A DNA stretch of 64,000 nucleotides, from IMG/VR virus record IMGVR_UViG_3300010965_000427, positions 32,001 to 96,000 of that record; one strand, written 5' to 3'. Below the pieces are notes generated by a model. The model was not told where the DNA came from and did not search any database. It worked only from the letters and a program-made list of their open reading frames with translations. Source of the stretch: a virus. Below, piece by piece: positions 37,629-49,069 of this stretch. Within the stretch, counting starts at the first letter, position 1. Each line of letters starts with the position of its first letter. The position numbers and the translations under genes are program-made.

Positions 37629-37952
37629 TTATAAATTTTTACAAATTCCGTTAACCCTTACAGCGACGCTAGCGCTGGAGGATCTGATCGATATTATTTC
37701 TCCTGGAGAACCAATTAGCGCAGTTCTTTCATATGTTCCTCCGTTTGCAGGTATTTTACATCCGTACTCTATATAGTCGGCCGGCTCTGGTGCCGAAACG
37801 GGAGACATTGTGAGAAAGAAATCGGCTTCTTCAGCGCCTTCATTAACGGCTAATATATTGAAAGTAGCATATTGAACTGTTGCTGGAATTGTATACACCG
37901 GCACAAGCGAGCCAGCAGATGACATAACCTTAGCAAAGAGACCGTCGGGCAT
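37629..37952 (-). CDS. Small beta-rich tail-associated protein
   Basis: VYTIPA...N...IEY...IPANG..ERT.L....GE.I...V.V.G pattern; likely ATG start at 37952. Confidence 0.55.
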   Translation of the reverse strand: MPDGLFAKVMSSAGSLVPVYTIPATVQYATFNILAVNEGAEEADFFLTMSPVSAPEPADYIEYGCKIPANGGTYERTALIGSPGEIISIRSSSASVAVRVNGICKNL

Positions 37953-38016
37953 GTTTATCACCAAAAGACTAGAGTAAACTTAGTTGAGATTTTGTTATAA
38001 ATTTTGAGAACTAAAA

Positions 38017-41000
38017 TTATTTAAAAATATGGACAACGCCACAATTTGTTTCTGACTGCGCTGCGTAATCAGAAGCAATGCCTATGGCTAAAGTTGATCC
38101 GTCTTCGGAAAGATAATCGCTATATTGATTTTCAGAATAATTTAAAAAATTAGCTGTTAATAAGCGTTTAAAAGACCATGAATTATTTTTAAACACATAC
38201 ACTTTTGCTGACGTAGAATTGTTTTTTATAATAACTACATTTCCGGCTGAATTTATTCTTGCTATATCAGATCCTGGAAAAACGGCTTCTTGTTCCCAAG
38301 TTGTTCCAGATGCTCTATAAATATATGTTTCATAAGAGATTCCGTTATATTTTGAAGCAATAAATAAATTTCCATTGCTATTAAAACCTAGCGGGATAAA
38401 AACGTCTCCAATTTGGTCTGTGGGAGAATTTAAAAAAGAATGAAAAGCCCAATTAGCTCCTGTTAATTTGTAAAAGTATATTCTACCAATTCCAAACGGA
38501 ACGTGTGTAGAGGTTGCTAATGTAATTCCGTCTTTACTAATTTTTGTAGATATTCCAAAAAAGTTATGAGCTACTGGATTTTGGGCACTAATTTGCCCTT
38601 GCTGGGCCCAAGTTCCATTAGTGTTTTTATAAATAATGATAAAACCGCTATCTTCTATTCCAAGAACATCTGCTCCAGGAATTCCTATAATAATAGTCAA
38701 TCCATCTTCTAATATCGATAAAGAAACTTTCGAACTGTAATTTCCCAAATTTGAAGAAAGCTCAATTCTAGCTTGTTTTGACCATGAATTGGATGCTTTT
38801 ACAAATACATGTAATAAATGAGGTTCAGCAGTAATAACGGCTAAGGTTAAACCGTTCCCGCTTAATGCAATGCATTCCCCAAATCTGTCATAAGTTGAAA
38901 AAGTCTCTTCATTAAACTCTATACGAGCCTCATTTATCCAAGAATGTTGATTTTCTGTTATGAAGATGTGAACACACCCAGACAATTTACCATTAGTATT
39001 TAAATCCATAGGAGAACCAATTGCTATAGTTTGTTTATTGCTACTAAATGAAATGCTGTCCCCAAATAATTGCCCGGCTATTGGGTTAGTTGGTTGGATA
39101 ATGGCAATTTCTTGCATTGGATAAATTTCAGTTGCAGTAGCAAAAGAAACAACGTTGCTCCATGGGCTATCCCCGCTTGTTTCTCCAGTGTACTTAACTC
39201 TAATATAGTAGACATGAGAAAGCAATAAATTAGCCACCGGCCATGTTGTTTTATTTATAGTGCTATTTTCACTAAAATCTACAAGAGTCATAAAATCAAC
39301 ACTTGTGGATAGTTGCCAAGTCGAGCTTCTATGAGTATCTGTTTTTTGGACAGTATCAAAAACAGAACTGGTAATTGTTAAAGATTTTGGAAAATCAATT
39401 GATCCATTAACTGGATAATTAATTGTTGGTTTAATAACAGATCTTTCCTCTTCTGTGAATAAAATAGCGTTACTCCATTCGCTTTCATCGTAAGATATTC
39501 CAAAATATTTTACACGTAAGTAATAAACCTGTTTAGATACAAGATCCGTTATCACCCATGTTGTTTTATTACTTTGGCTATTATCTATTCTTTGAAATAT
39601 ATTTTGAAAATTCTGATCAGTAGCTAATTCCCATGTAGAAGAAAAATGAGCGTCCCCGCCATCGTTAGTGGAAAACGCAGAAGACTGGCAAGTTATTGTT
39701 TTTGGCTGAGATACTGAATTATTTAAAGGGTTTAAAATAGAAGGAGCTAAAATGTGGCTGCCTGTTATTGAAAATTGAGCAATATCGCTCCAATCGCTAT
39801 AAACTAAATCTAATGATTTATATCTAACTCTTAAAAAATAATCAGCATTTTTAAGAAGAGAATCTATTGGCCATCTGTTTTTATTTATAATATCATCAGG
39901 ATTATTTATAATTAAAGTTAAAAAATCTGGATCTGTGGAAAGTTGCCAATCTGAACTAAGGTGGGTTCCGTCGGCATTATTTATTGAAAAATTTGATGCC
40001 AAAACAATTAAACTTTGTGGCTGATTAGTTGCTCCGTATAACGGAAATATTATAGTTGGTTTATTAACTATTATTGGAATTTCTAATGTAGTAACAGAAG
40101 CTGCAATGCTCCAATTGCTTAATCTGCCAGAGACTGCCCTATAACAAACTCTAGCGTAATAAACAGTGAGGCCACGTTGGTTTGAAAATGCAATGCTTGT
40201 TAAAAAATCTCTATTATTTAATACTTCGTGAGTAATATGACTAAAATTTATATCGGTTGATAATTGCCAATTTGAACTATAATGACTATCAACGCAGTTG
40301 GTAGTTTCAAAAATTGAACTTGTTAAAGTTATTTCTGATATTCCATTGCTAATAGAACTTACACACGATGTAATAGTAGGAACGTTTACAAAAGGAACAC
40401 GTCCAGATACAATTGACGAAGCTTGCCGGTATGTAATTAATTTTGGAGTTGGTAAACCGGCCTCTATTTCATTTGGTGTTGCTACGCTGTAGCCTAATGA
40501 CTCAAGAGTAACTCGATGAGGGTTATTCGGAAATTCTAAATGAGGCGTATTAGTAGGTATTGTATTTCTTAAAGGAAAATCATTAGCCATTGAATTTATT
40601 TTATTGACTAAATCTAGCTCTCTAAATCTTGCTTGTTCATTTTCGTTACGAATTATTTCTGGAAACAGTGGCAATGACTCAAACAGCCCATCCCATAATG
40701 TTAATTTTGCATTTAATCTACGAGAATTTATTTTTTCTAAAGCAGCATTCCTATATGTGGTCCATGTTCCACCAACACTTCTATATTGAATAAATAAAGT
40801 TCCTTGTAATAGACAAGATACCATGGAGCACGCTCCATATAGCAATTTTCCGGAAGACTCACTTCCGTCAAGATAGTATAAACTAAGTACAAAGTCAGTT
40901 CCTTCTTGCAAAATTTTTTGCACTGGACCGACACTAAGCTTTAGTATAAAATCATCAACAAAAAATGGAGCATAAATTGGCATTACTACAACGCCACGTT

Positions 41001-41094
41001 GATTAATTGACGGAGTTAAAATAAATTCTTCATTTGTTATTAAATTTGCAGGGTTTACTCCATAAGGGTCAAACGGTAATAATAATTCTGGCAT
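38017..41094 (-). CDS. Tail adhesin: N-terminal attachment domain, 4 FN3-like repeats, FG-GAP propeller
   Basis: Start re-called to MPELLLPFDPYG (GGAG RBS); four H.SS.W(Q/E)L.T units. Confidence 0.75.
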   Translation of the reverse strand: MPELLLPFDPYGVNPANLITNEEFILTPSINQRGVVVMPIYAPFFVDDFILKLSVGPVQKILQEGTDFVLSLYYLDGSESSGKLLYGACSMVSCLLQGTLFIQYRSVGGTWTTYRNAALEKINSRRLNAKLTLWDGLFESLPLFPEIIRNENEQARFRELDLVNKINSMANDFPLRNTIPTNTPHLEFPNNPHRVTLESLGYSVATPNEIEAGLPTPKLITYRQASSIVSGRVPFVNVPTITSCVSSISNGISEITLTSSIFETTNCVDSHYSSNWQLSTDINFSHITHEVLNNRDFLTSIAFSNQRGLTVYYARVCYRAVSGRLSNWSIAASVTTLEIPIIVNKPTIIFPLYGATNQPQSLIVLASNFSINNADGTHLSSDWQLSTDPDFLTLIINNPDDIINKNRWPIDSLLKNADYFLRVRYKSLDLVYSDWSDIAQFSITGSHILAPSILNPLNNSVSQPKTITCQSSAFSTNDGGDAHFSSTWELATDQNFQNIFQRIDNSQSNKTTWVITDLVSKQVYYLRVKYFGISYDESEWSNAILFTEEERSVIKPTINYPVNGSIDFPKSLTITSSVFDTVQKTDTHRSSTWQLSTSVDFMTLVDFSENSTINKTTWPVANLLLSHVYYIRVKYTGETSGDSPWSNVVSFATATEIYPMQEIAIIQPTNPIAGQLFGDSISFSSNKQTIAIGSPMDLNTNGKLSGCVHIFITENQHSWINEARIEFNEETFSTYDRFGECIALSGNGLTLAVITAEPHLLHVFVKASNSWSKQARIELSSNLGNYSSKVSLSILEDGLTIIIGIPGADVLGIEDSGFIIIYKNTNGTWAQQGQISAQNPVAHNFFGISTKISKDGITLATSTHVPFGIGRIYFYKLTGANWAFHSFLNSPTDQIGDVFIPLGFNSNGNLFIASKYNGISYETYIYRASGTTWEQEAVFPGSDIARINSAGNVVIIKNNSTSAKVYVFKNNSWSFKRLLTANFLNYSENQYSDYLSEDGSTLAIGIASDYAAQSETNCGVVHIFK

Positions 41095-41095
41095 T

Positions 41096-44000
41096 TTATA
41101 CTCCAAGTTTAAAATCAAAACTAAATGTATAAATAATGTATTCAAAGTCATTAGGCGTAGCATACTGGTTTTTATGATTTCCTATATATAAATGAGTTCC
41201 ATTTGAATTTATAGCCATTTTTTCACCAATTTCTTCATAAGCAAGTTTGTTTCCCGGTGTGTTAAGTTTTTGCTTAAGTTCCCAAACGTCGTTTACTTTA
41301 GTAAATATGTTAATACTATTGCCATCGTGAAGACGTCTAAGCACTATTTTGGTGCCATTGTCGTCCATTAGTATTCTTGGAGTAAGTGTGTATGCATTTA
41401 AAATGTACTCGTCATGTAAAATAATTCTTTGTTTTTCAACCCAAACATTATTTACAATGCCGTAAATGCATAAAGTTTCATTTTTAGAAAAAAACCCTGC
41501 AAGCACAGAGCCGTTTTTATTTAAGGCGAATGAAGCACCAACGGCAGTTTCTTGATTTAAAGGTTCGTTGTTAAAAAATTCAGATAAATTTATTACGCAA
41601 ATTTTTTTCCAAACTCCACTTATTTTTCGAAAACAATGCAGATTTTTTAAAGTGCTGGCAAATAGCTGGTCTCCTTCGTGACTTATTTTAACAAAAAATG
41701 GACCATGGTAGAAAGAAGTTGTTCCATTAATGTGTTCGATATAGCTATTATTTTCGTATTCGAGATGTAAAAGCGCTTCTTGCTGCCAAATTCCTCCTAC
41801 AAAGGCAAAAATATAAACTGCTCGTTTTTCATAGTAGCCGTAGAGCGTGACTAAATTGTAAAGGTCTGGAACTCTATCTATGGCCGCTCCTACAGCAATT
41901 CTGCTTGCGTGGCCGTCGATAGATAATGATCGGCCAAAAGAAGTAAACCGTCTTTTTTTAGAAATTATAACTCCATTGGAATAAGTAAAATTATAACTAT
42001 TTTCATCTTCTAATGGTTCTAAAATTGAATGTAATTCCCAATTTAAATTATTTCTAACATATACTGTAGGTTTTAAGGAATCGGGAATTATATATTGTTC
42101 TTCGTCGTTATCTAATATATCAACACAACTTACAAGCACTGAACAATAATCGTTTGTAGCTATTTGGTCAGGTAAAGATCCGTCATATTTAAAAATGGTA
42201 TTTGAATTTATTACTGTTCTAACAAAGGGATAAGAAAATCTTTCATCCACATCGCTGTTTTGTGAATATAAATCAGTGCTGCCCACTATTAGATGGCTTT
42301 CGTCTTTACTTAATAAAAAATTAGATTTATATGCCACTTCTTCGCACAGTGCGTCGCTTATAGATATTTCCCGCATAAAATTAACAAAAGCAGGGCTCCA
42401 TTCACTATCCCCATAGTTTTCTCCGGTATACTTTACATATATATAGTAGTATTGCCCTGGCTCTAAATCGTAAAAAGTAACGGTTGTTAAAGGTTCTTCT
42501 AAACAAACCACTTCATTACTAACTATTGGATTAGTTGTCATAATAGCAATTTGCCATGTTGACTTTATAAATACATCCGGCGAATTAGTATTAATGCTAA
42601 AAGGGGTAGCCGCACAAGTAATAGACATCGATCCTTCGCTATATGAAGAATTATACGATAAAATCTCAGGAGTATTAACAGACGAGGTTAAATCCTCGTA
42701 TGAGTCACAGCATAACCATTGAGTTTTTCCACTTAGACTTCCCTTTTGCCTGACTCTAAAATACAATTCGCAATTGGACGGTAAATCGTTGGCAACGCAT
42801 TCAGTAATAGCTGACAGTTCCGATGCATTTTTGCTTATTGATAAAAACCCAGGATCAATAGAAACTTGCCAGTCGCTTATTTCACAAACATCTCCTTCTT
42901 CCTGAGGGATAAATATAGGAAGGTTAAATTTAATTATTCTGGAGGGAAGTAAAATGCTGTTTGCTAAAATTAAAAAATTTCTAACAGTGAACGACACAGG
43001 AGTGCTCCACTCGCTACTTCCAAATTGCTCGCCTGTATACAAAACGCGAACATAATATTTCTGATTAGAAAGCAGCCCCGATAATTCCCAAGTTATTTTT
43101 TGAATTGCGTTATTTGTAGTTGAAGCAACTATTAAAGAAAATTGTTCATCGTAGGCTAGTTGCCATGTTGAATATACATGCAAATCCGTTGCATTATTCA
43201 TAATAAAATTTGACGATGAAATAATAATCGTTTCTGGCTGATCTACCGATTCTGTTATAGGGAAGACTATTATAGGAGTATTTATATTTTGAACTAAACA
43301 ATTAAAAACTACAGTGTCGCTCCATTCGCTAACAATTAATAGCTCCCCGATGTATCTTACACGTAGATAATACCTATTTCCATATATTAGTTCTGCCGGT
43401 TGCCATTGTGTTTTGTTAACAACATCATTTAAACTTTGTTCGATTATTGTTAAGAAATTCTCATCAGACGACAATTGCCAACTTGATGAATAATGAGCTC
43501 CAAAACCCAAATTTGTTTCAAAATTTGAAGAACTAGCTGAAAGGTTAACCGGTTGCCCTTCTGAATTATTTAAAGGGTTTAAAATTATGGGTTTTAATAT
43601 AATTGTTCCAGCTACATCTATGACTGACTGTGTTCCAAATAGTGTTAATAATTGTGCATGTGTAACAAATGATGCCGGGCCAGAATGATTTTGCAAATCG
43701 GCTTCGGTAGCAACCCTGAAGCCTAATAATTCCAATGTTGTGCCATGGGGGTCTGATGGAGCTGTTAAATGCTCGACTATTAATTTCTCACTAGGACGAT
43801 TAGCGATTACTGTGGAAAGGGATATAATTGAACTAACTACTTCATTTTGCCCTTTTAAATAAGCTGGGTCTCCTTCGCCAGGACCCGTTGGAAAACACAA
43901 TGGATTTGGAATAAGTATATCGTATAATGTAATTTCTGGATTATACGACACCATGCTAAAGTGATTAAGAACATGTTGCCTAGTATCGGCCCATGCTCCT

Positions 44001-44323
44001 CCAAATGTTTGATATGTTAAAGTAATAACGCCATTTGTATCTAATCTGTCAAGTATAATTCCGCCATTAACTTGTAAATTTGTTTCTAGCGAGCCTCCTT
44101 TGAAAGGCAATGCAAGTAAATAATCCGTTCCTAATGTTAATCTCCTAGTAACATTGTTTAATGTAAAGTTAATAATGAAACTGGATGCAAAAAATGGAGA
44201 ATAATTTGGAATTATAAAAAACAAATTGCTCTTTATTGTTTCATCTACTCTATGAACTTCTTCTATGATTAAATTTGCAGGAGAGCTTCCTGTTGGATCG
44301 TATTCAAACGTAGGAGCAGTCAT
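41096..44323 (-). CDS. Tail adhesin: attachment domain, 4 FN3-like repeats, divergent beta-propeller
   Basis: FEYDPTG N-domain; FN3-like units; degenerate FG-GAP blades. Confidence 0.7.
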   Translation of the reverse strand: MTAPTFEYDPTGSSPANLIIEEVHRVDETIKSNLFFIIPNYSPFFASSFIINFTLNNVTRRLTLGTDYLLALPFKGGSLETNLQVNGGIILDRLDTNGVITLTYQTFGGAWADTRQHVLNHFSMVSYNPEITLYDILIPNPLCFPTGPGEGDPAYLKGQNEVVSSIISLSTVIANRPSEKLIVEHLTAPSDPHGTTLELLGFRVATEADLQNHSGPASFVTHAQLLTLFGTQSVIDVAGTIILKPIILNPLNNSEGQPVNLSASSSNFETNLGFGAHYSSSWQLSSDENFLTIIEQSLNDVVNKTQWQPAELIYGNRYYLRVRYIGELLIVSEWSDTVVFNCLVQNINTPIIVFPITESVDQPETIIISSSNFIMNNATDLHVYSTWQLAYDEQFSLIVASTTNNAIQKITWELSGLLSNQKYYVRVLYTGEQFGSSEWSTPVSFTVRNFLILANSILLPSRIIKFNLPIFIPQEEGDVCEISDWQVSIDPGFLSISKNASELSAITECVANDLPSNCELYFRVRQKGSLSGKTQWLCCDSYEDLTSSVNTPEILSYNSSYSEGSMSITCAATPFSINTNSPDVFIKSTWQIAIMTTNPIVSNEVVCLEEPLTTVTFYDLEPGQYYYIYVKYTGENYGDSEWSPAFVNFMREISISDALCEEVAYKSNFLLSKDESHLIVGSTDLYSQNSDVDERFSYPFVRTVINSNTIFKYDGSLPDQIATNDYCSVLVSCVDILDNDEEQYIIPDSLKPTVYVRNNLNWELHSILEPLEDENSYNFTYSNGVIISKKRRFTSFGRSLSIDGHASRIAVGAAIDRVPDLYNLVTLYGYYEKRAVYIFAFVGGIWQQEALLHLEYENNSYIEHINGTTSFYHGPFFVKISHEGDQLFASTLKNLHCFRKISGVWKKICVINLSEFFNNEPLNQETAVGASFALNKNGSVLAGFFSKNETLCIYGIVNNVWVEKQRIILHDEYILNAYTLTPRILMDDNGTKIVLRRLHDGNSINIFTKVNDVWELKQKLNTPGNKLAYEEIGEKMAINSNGTHLYIGNHKNQYATPNDFEYIIYTFSFDFKLGV

Positions 44324-44478
44324 AAAAAACCCATTTAAAGTCTGGTTGCTTTAGCCATTAAGAGAAGAAAAGAACGCGATAGTTTTTTTTAAATAAATTA
44401 ATTAGCAAAGCCCCCTATAGGAGGCTAAAGCTAATTAGCGCAAATGTTTCTTATGTTTAAATTTTTAAGTTTTATTTT

Positions 44479-47400
44479 TTAAAACATTAGTTGATCGAAA
44501 ATGTAAGCCGATCCAACAGCGAGTGTATTTTCATATGTTTCACGAGCACCTATTACTACAAAAGATCCATCGTAAGATAGTTGTGCCGAGTTAGCAAAAT
44601 GAGCATATCCATTTGAATTTCCTGGAACTAAACTGCCTTTTTCGTTCCATGAATTTCCTGTTCTTGTAAAAACAAAAGCATCTCCGACTTGTGTTCCTCT
44701 GGAATTAGTATCGTAACAAGCCCCAATGACTGCAACTTGCCCAACCTGGTCAATAGTCACAACTGATCCAGCATAGGATTTTACTCCAATGGTATCAGGA
44801 ATTAGTTTCTGTTGCAGAGTCCAGTCGTTTCCGGAATTAATAAAAATATAAGCTGCGCCAGCTTCTGATCCTTTTGCATTTGTATTTTTTGGCGCCCCAA
44901 TTAAAGCAAATAGTCCGTTTTTTGATAAAGCTACAGACGATCCAAACCAGTCATACGAAGCTCCGTCGCTAGCAATTAATTTTTTTTCTTGACTCCATGT
45001 CGATTGAGTTTTTCTAAATATATATGCGCTCCCACAATCAGACCCTCTTTCATTATTGTCTAACTTGGCACCAATAAGAATTAAGTTTCCATCAGAAGAC
45101 ATTGAAATAGAATTTCCAAAGCGGTCTGTAGATGCTTTGTCGCTTGCTAAAAGCTTAGCCTCTTGAGACCAAGATAGCCCTGAATTTATAAAAACGTAAA
45201 CGGCTCCGTGAGAAGTTATTGATGGATTGTTTGTGTCATAATAGTTAATAGAGCTTACTGCCAGCGTATTTCCATCAGAAGACATTGCTAATGAATAACC
45301 AAAATTATCATTATTCCAAATATTTTCAGAAATAAGTTTAACTTGCTGAGACCATACGTTATTTATTTGTTTAAATATGTATACGGCTCCTGAATTTGCT
45401 CCTGAACTATTATCATTACTATAACTTCCAATTGCAACTACGCTTCCGTCTCCACTCATTGCTACGGAAAATCCAAAACAATCTAATGTTATTCCGTCGC
45501 TTGCTATTAGCTTGGCTTGTTCACTCCAAGTGCTTCCATCTTTTTTGAATATATACGCTGCGCCTACATTTAGTTTTCCGCTGTTTGAATTGGAATAGGC
45601 TCCCATTATCATAAAAATTCCATCATCGCTTATTGCGATTGGAGAACCAAATGAAATGCTACTGCCACTATAATTAGATGCAAAACAGTCATAGCCGCAC
45701 CAATCTGACGCCACAAGTTTAAGCACTTCGTTTTTTGGGTATGTCTGCTGCATTGTAGTAAATAATATTGGAACAGACCATTCGCTTGTTCCTCTTATTG
45801 CTCCTGTATGGCAAACTCTAATATAGTATGTTGTATTAAAAAGTAATCCGCTAATTGGCCAGGATGTAAGATTTACCGTATTGTATAAACTCTGTGATAT
45901 AATGGTAGAAAAAGAAGGGTCGTTAGATAATTGCCAATTTGACGATAAATGTGTGTCTGTTCCGTAATTCACACCAAATGCGCTGCTATCGGCTATCAGG
46001 ATAACAGGTTGCTTAATAGCTTCGTTAACTGGGAATGCAGTGGTGGGTTTTTCTACATGAATTGTTAATACTGTAAAGGAAACTACATTGCTCCATTGGC
46101 TATCTCCGTATAAATTGGATGTGTGTTTTACTCTAACAAAATAAGTTTGCCCAGAAACTAAATTAGCAAAATCTAATTGAGTTTTATTTATTTGATTGTC
46201 AATGCTTTGTTGCGTTACACTTGAAAAGTTTTCATCTGTCGACACTTGCCAGCTAGACGATATATGTTCATCGATGCCATAATTTAAAGACATCTCAGAA
46301 CTGATCATTGCAGTGTTTGGATAAACATTATTTTGTAGATTTGTTGGATTTAAAATAATAGGCTGATTAACGGATATGCTTATTCCCGAAAATGCCACTA
46401 GATAGCTCCAGTCGCTTTTTCCATGATTCTGACTTTTGTAACGAACACGAACGTAGTAAGTTCTTCCTGGTTGTACTTCATTTATAGTCCAAGTTATTTT
46501 ATTAACAACATCCGCAACACTTTCTTGTGTTATATTTAGGAAATTTATATCGGTTGCAACTTGCCAATCTGTAGACTCATGTTTATCAGATCCGTATGAC
46601 ATTATTAGTCTTGAACTAGATACTTGAAGCGGGGCTTCATGACTAGCCGATTCATTTGCCGGATAAAATATAAATGGTCTATTTACCTGAATAATTAGTT
46701 CTGAAACAGTTAAAGTTAAACTCCATAAACTGTTTCCATGGCTATGGCCTTTATGCATAACCCTAACATAATAAATTTCGCCAGGAGTAAGATTGCTAAC
46801 AGACCATTCTGTTTTATTAACAGTATCATTCAAAGTTTGCTGAACAATATTAGTGAAAGAACTATCTGTGGATAATTGCCAGCTTGAAGATAAATGAGTG
46901 TCGACTTCGCTAATTGTAGAAAATGCGCTACTGTTAAAATTCATATAAGTCGAAGAAGAAACGATTGGTGAATTTGGAACAACAATTATTGGAGTTTTTA
47001 TCTTGATTTGATTTAAACCATAGCCGTGCCCACCAACGCCACTTAGTATTAAGTATGCTCCGTCTAGAGTTAAAATTCCGTCATTGATCTGACCAGACAT
47101 AATGTCTTCAATTAAACATGGAAAATAGCCAATAGATTGAATAGTTAATTGGTGTGGATTTTGTAAATTTCCTAAATGACGATCAATATCGCGATTAGTA
47201 GCAGTTTGAGCTATTATATTTTTAAAATTTTCTATGCTATCAATAAGTCTATCTTGTCCGTAAAATGCACCAGCGTCTTGCTGATGTCTGGTCGAAGGAA
47301 AGCAGTTGGGAATATTAAAAATGGTTTCCCAAGTAATAGTTCTGTTATTATAAATGGCTTCAGCAAATGTTCTTAATATAAAAGCCCTATTGTAAGACCA

Positions 47401-47727
47401 AGGCCCTCCGAGTGTTTGGTAATTAATAGATATTGTTCCTATATACCCTGGATTGATTAAAGAAATAGCTCCATACAAATATTGATTTGCAGCCCGAGAT
47501 GCGCCGATAAAAGGCACCGCCATCGAATAATCTATTCCGCGTATTAACTGCCTAGTTTCTTGCCCTGCTAAAAAATTAATTGTTAAAGAATTCGCAAAAA
47601 ACGGAGTGAATATAGGAACAATAAATTGATAATGGCGATCATTGACAGCAGTTATTGTATGGAGTTCGTTTACAATGGCGTTTGTCTCTAATAGACCAGT
47701 TAAATCAAGTGGGTACGTAATTAACAT
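44479..47727 (-). CDS. Tail adhesin: attachment domain, 4 FN3-like repeats, FG-GAP propeller
   Basis: YPLDLTG N-domain; four H.S..WQ..(T/N)D units; canonical W.EQAKLIASDG...FG.SVA.S.DG blades; start at ATG 47727. Confidence 0.78.
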   Translation of the reverse strand: MLITYPLDLTGLLETNAIVNELHTITAVNDRHYQFIVPIFTPFFANSLTINFLAGQETRQLIRGIDYSMAVPFIGASRAANQYLYGAISLINPGYIGTISINYQTLGGPWSYNRAFILRTFAEAIYNNRTITWETIFNIPNCFPSTRHQQDAGAFYGQDRLIDSIENFKNIIAQTATNRDIDRHLGNLQNPHQLTIQSIGYFPCLIEDIMSGQINDGILTLDGAYLILSGVGGHGYGLNQIKIKTPIIVVPNSPIVSSSTYMNFNSSAFSTISEVDTHLSSSWQLSTDSSFTNIVQQTLNDTVNKTEWSVSNLTPGEIYYVRVMHKGHSHGNSLWSLTLTVSELIIQVNRPFIFYPANESASHEAPLQVSSSRLIMSYGSDKHESTDWQVATDINFLNITQESVADVVNKITWTINEVQPGRTYYVRVRYKSQNHGKSDWSYLVAFSGISISVNQPIILNPTNLQNNVYPNTAMISSEMSLNYGIDEHISSSWQVSTDENFSSVTQQSIDNQINKTQLDFANLVSGQTYFVRVKHTSNLYGDSQWSNVVSFTVLTIHVEKPTTAFPVNEAIKQPVILIADSSAFGVNYGTDTHLSSNWQLSNDPSFSTIISQSLYNTVNLTSWPISGLLFNTTYYIRVCHTGAIRGTSEWSVPILFTTMQQTYPKNEVLKLVASDWCGYDCFASNYSGSSISFGSPIAISDDGIFMIMGAYSNSNSGKLNVGAAYIFKKDGSTWSEQAKLIASDGITLDCFGFSVAMSGDGSVVAIGSYSNDNSSGANSGAVYIFKQINNVWSQQVKLISENIWNNDNFGYSLAMSSDGNTLAVSSINYYDTNNPSITSHGAVYVFINSGLSWSQEAKLLASDKASTDRFGNSISMSSDGNLILIGAKLDNNERGSDCGSAYIFRKTQSTWSQEKKLIASDGASYDWFGSSVALSKNGLFALIGAPKNTNAKGSEAGAAYIFINSGNDWTLQQKLIPDTIGVKSYAGSVVTIDQVGQVAVIGACYDTNSRGTQVGDAFVFTRTGNSWNEKGSLVPGNSNGYAHFANSAQLSYDGSFVVIGARETYENTLAVGSAYIFDQLMF

Positions 47728-47816
47728 TGTTGAAACCTCCAAACATTAAGTTAATTTAGTTTTCTAGTCTCAAAAGATCTAGTTTGTTTTAAAAAGCAAT
47801 CAAAAGGAAATCAGCT

Positions 47817-49064
47817 ATGTATGTTTACGTTGGTGCAACTTGCCTTGGAAGATCCACAGGATCTCAATGGAGTTTAGTAGATTTAAGGCAAATGGAAATG
47901 AGGGACATATTTAATAAATTTCGCAGTTGTTTTTTAGAACTTTCAAATCCTGTTTTACCAAATAATGTTTACGTTGATGCATGGCAATTTAAAGACGAAG
48001 CCTCTTATTCTCAAAGAACATTAACTCAATTTTTAATAGATGTTGGTAACAGAACCCTTGCCACAGTTCCTTCGTTACCGTCCTCAAGAATTTCCTATGC
48101 TAGATACTCAGATGCTATAAGGGCGGGATACAAAATTAATCCAACCACAATAGGAAATCCAGAAGAAGATATAACAGTAAATAGCCCAGATTTAAAAATT
48201 ACAAAAGTTTTTCCAGAAACAGATTTAAGATTAATTCATACACACTGTTTAATTACAGTTAATGGTTATTATCATCAGACGGACGCTAATGTGACAGGCA
48301 CTGCTGCATATGTTTTAAAAGGAGCTGAATCTATGCGAAAATGCAGAATGAATCAATTAGGCATTTTGAGTTTTTTAGATATTGGCCGAGTTTCAAAGGT
48401 GCAAATTACTAATAACTTAATCAATGGGTTGCCGTCTGACAATGGTTTAAAAAATCGAGCTTATTTAACATTAAATCAGGACACAACTAATAAAACAGTG
48501 CTATTATCATTAGGAGGATATTTAATATTTCAAGAAGCAAATGTTTTCTGGCAGTCTGGGGCTAATGTATTTACATTAAATTTACAAGCGATGCCTTATA
48601 TTGAACGTTTTTATGAATCTAATCTTTATTTAGATTTTAGTGCATTGGGGTTAACTATTAATGCTGAGGACCCCAGTCATTTAATCCTTTCTGAATTTTT
48701 AAGTGATGCGATAATTAAAAAATTCCTTACACTTCCCCAAACATTTTTTATAGTTATAGACACTCCTTCATTAATTACTAACAAATATTTTTTACATCAA
48801 GCTAATATGCCAGGTATGTTAACAGCTTACCAAGAACCAGTTCATCCATTGATTGTAAATTATGGAAAAGTTGCTGATTATTGGAGAACAAAAGAAGACG
48901 GATTTTGGTCAATTACTGTTACAGACGATTATTTTAGAAATTTTGTACTATCTTTTCAAAATAAGTTATACACTCCAAATTTAACAAACAAACTAATACC
49001 TGGAAAAAGATATTTTCAAAGCAGAGGTCATTTTTTAGAAATAGGAGCATATGACCAAATTTAA
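47817..49064 (+). CDS. Virion structural (baseplate-region) protein
   Basis: CLITVNGYYH.TD, GILSF..IG and LSLGGYL blocks seen in phiKZ-like virion proteins; convergent with the spike gene. Confidence 0.6.
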   Translation: MYVYVGATCLGRSTGSQWSLVDLRQMEMRDIFNKFRSCFLELSNPVLPNNVYVDAWQFKDEASYSQRTLTQFLIDVGNRTLATVPSLPSSRISYARYSDAIRAGYKINPTTIGNPEEDITVNSPDLKITKVFPETDLRLIHTHCLITVNGYYHQTDANVTGTAAYVLKGAESMRKCRMNQLGILSFLDIGRVSKVQITNNLINGLPSDNGLKNRAYLTLNQDTTNKTVLLSLGGYLIFQEANVFWQSGANVFTLNLQAMPYIERFYESNLYLDFSALGLTINAEDPSHLILSEFLSDAIIKKFLTLPQTFFIVIDTPSLITNKYFLHQANMPGMLTAYQEPVHPLIVNYGKVADYWRTKEDGFWSITVTDDYFRNFVLSFQNKLYTPNLTNKLIPGKRYFQSRGHFLEIGAYDQI

Positions 49065-49069
49065 ATTAA

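Noticed and set aside
41095-41163. Long overlap between two adhesin genes
   Set aside because: The true start is ATG 41094 with a GGAG RBS, immediately after the upstream stop.
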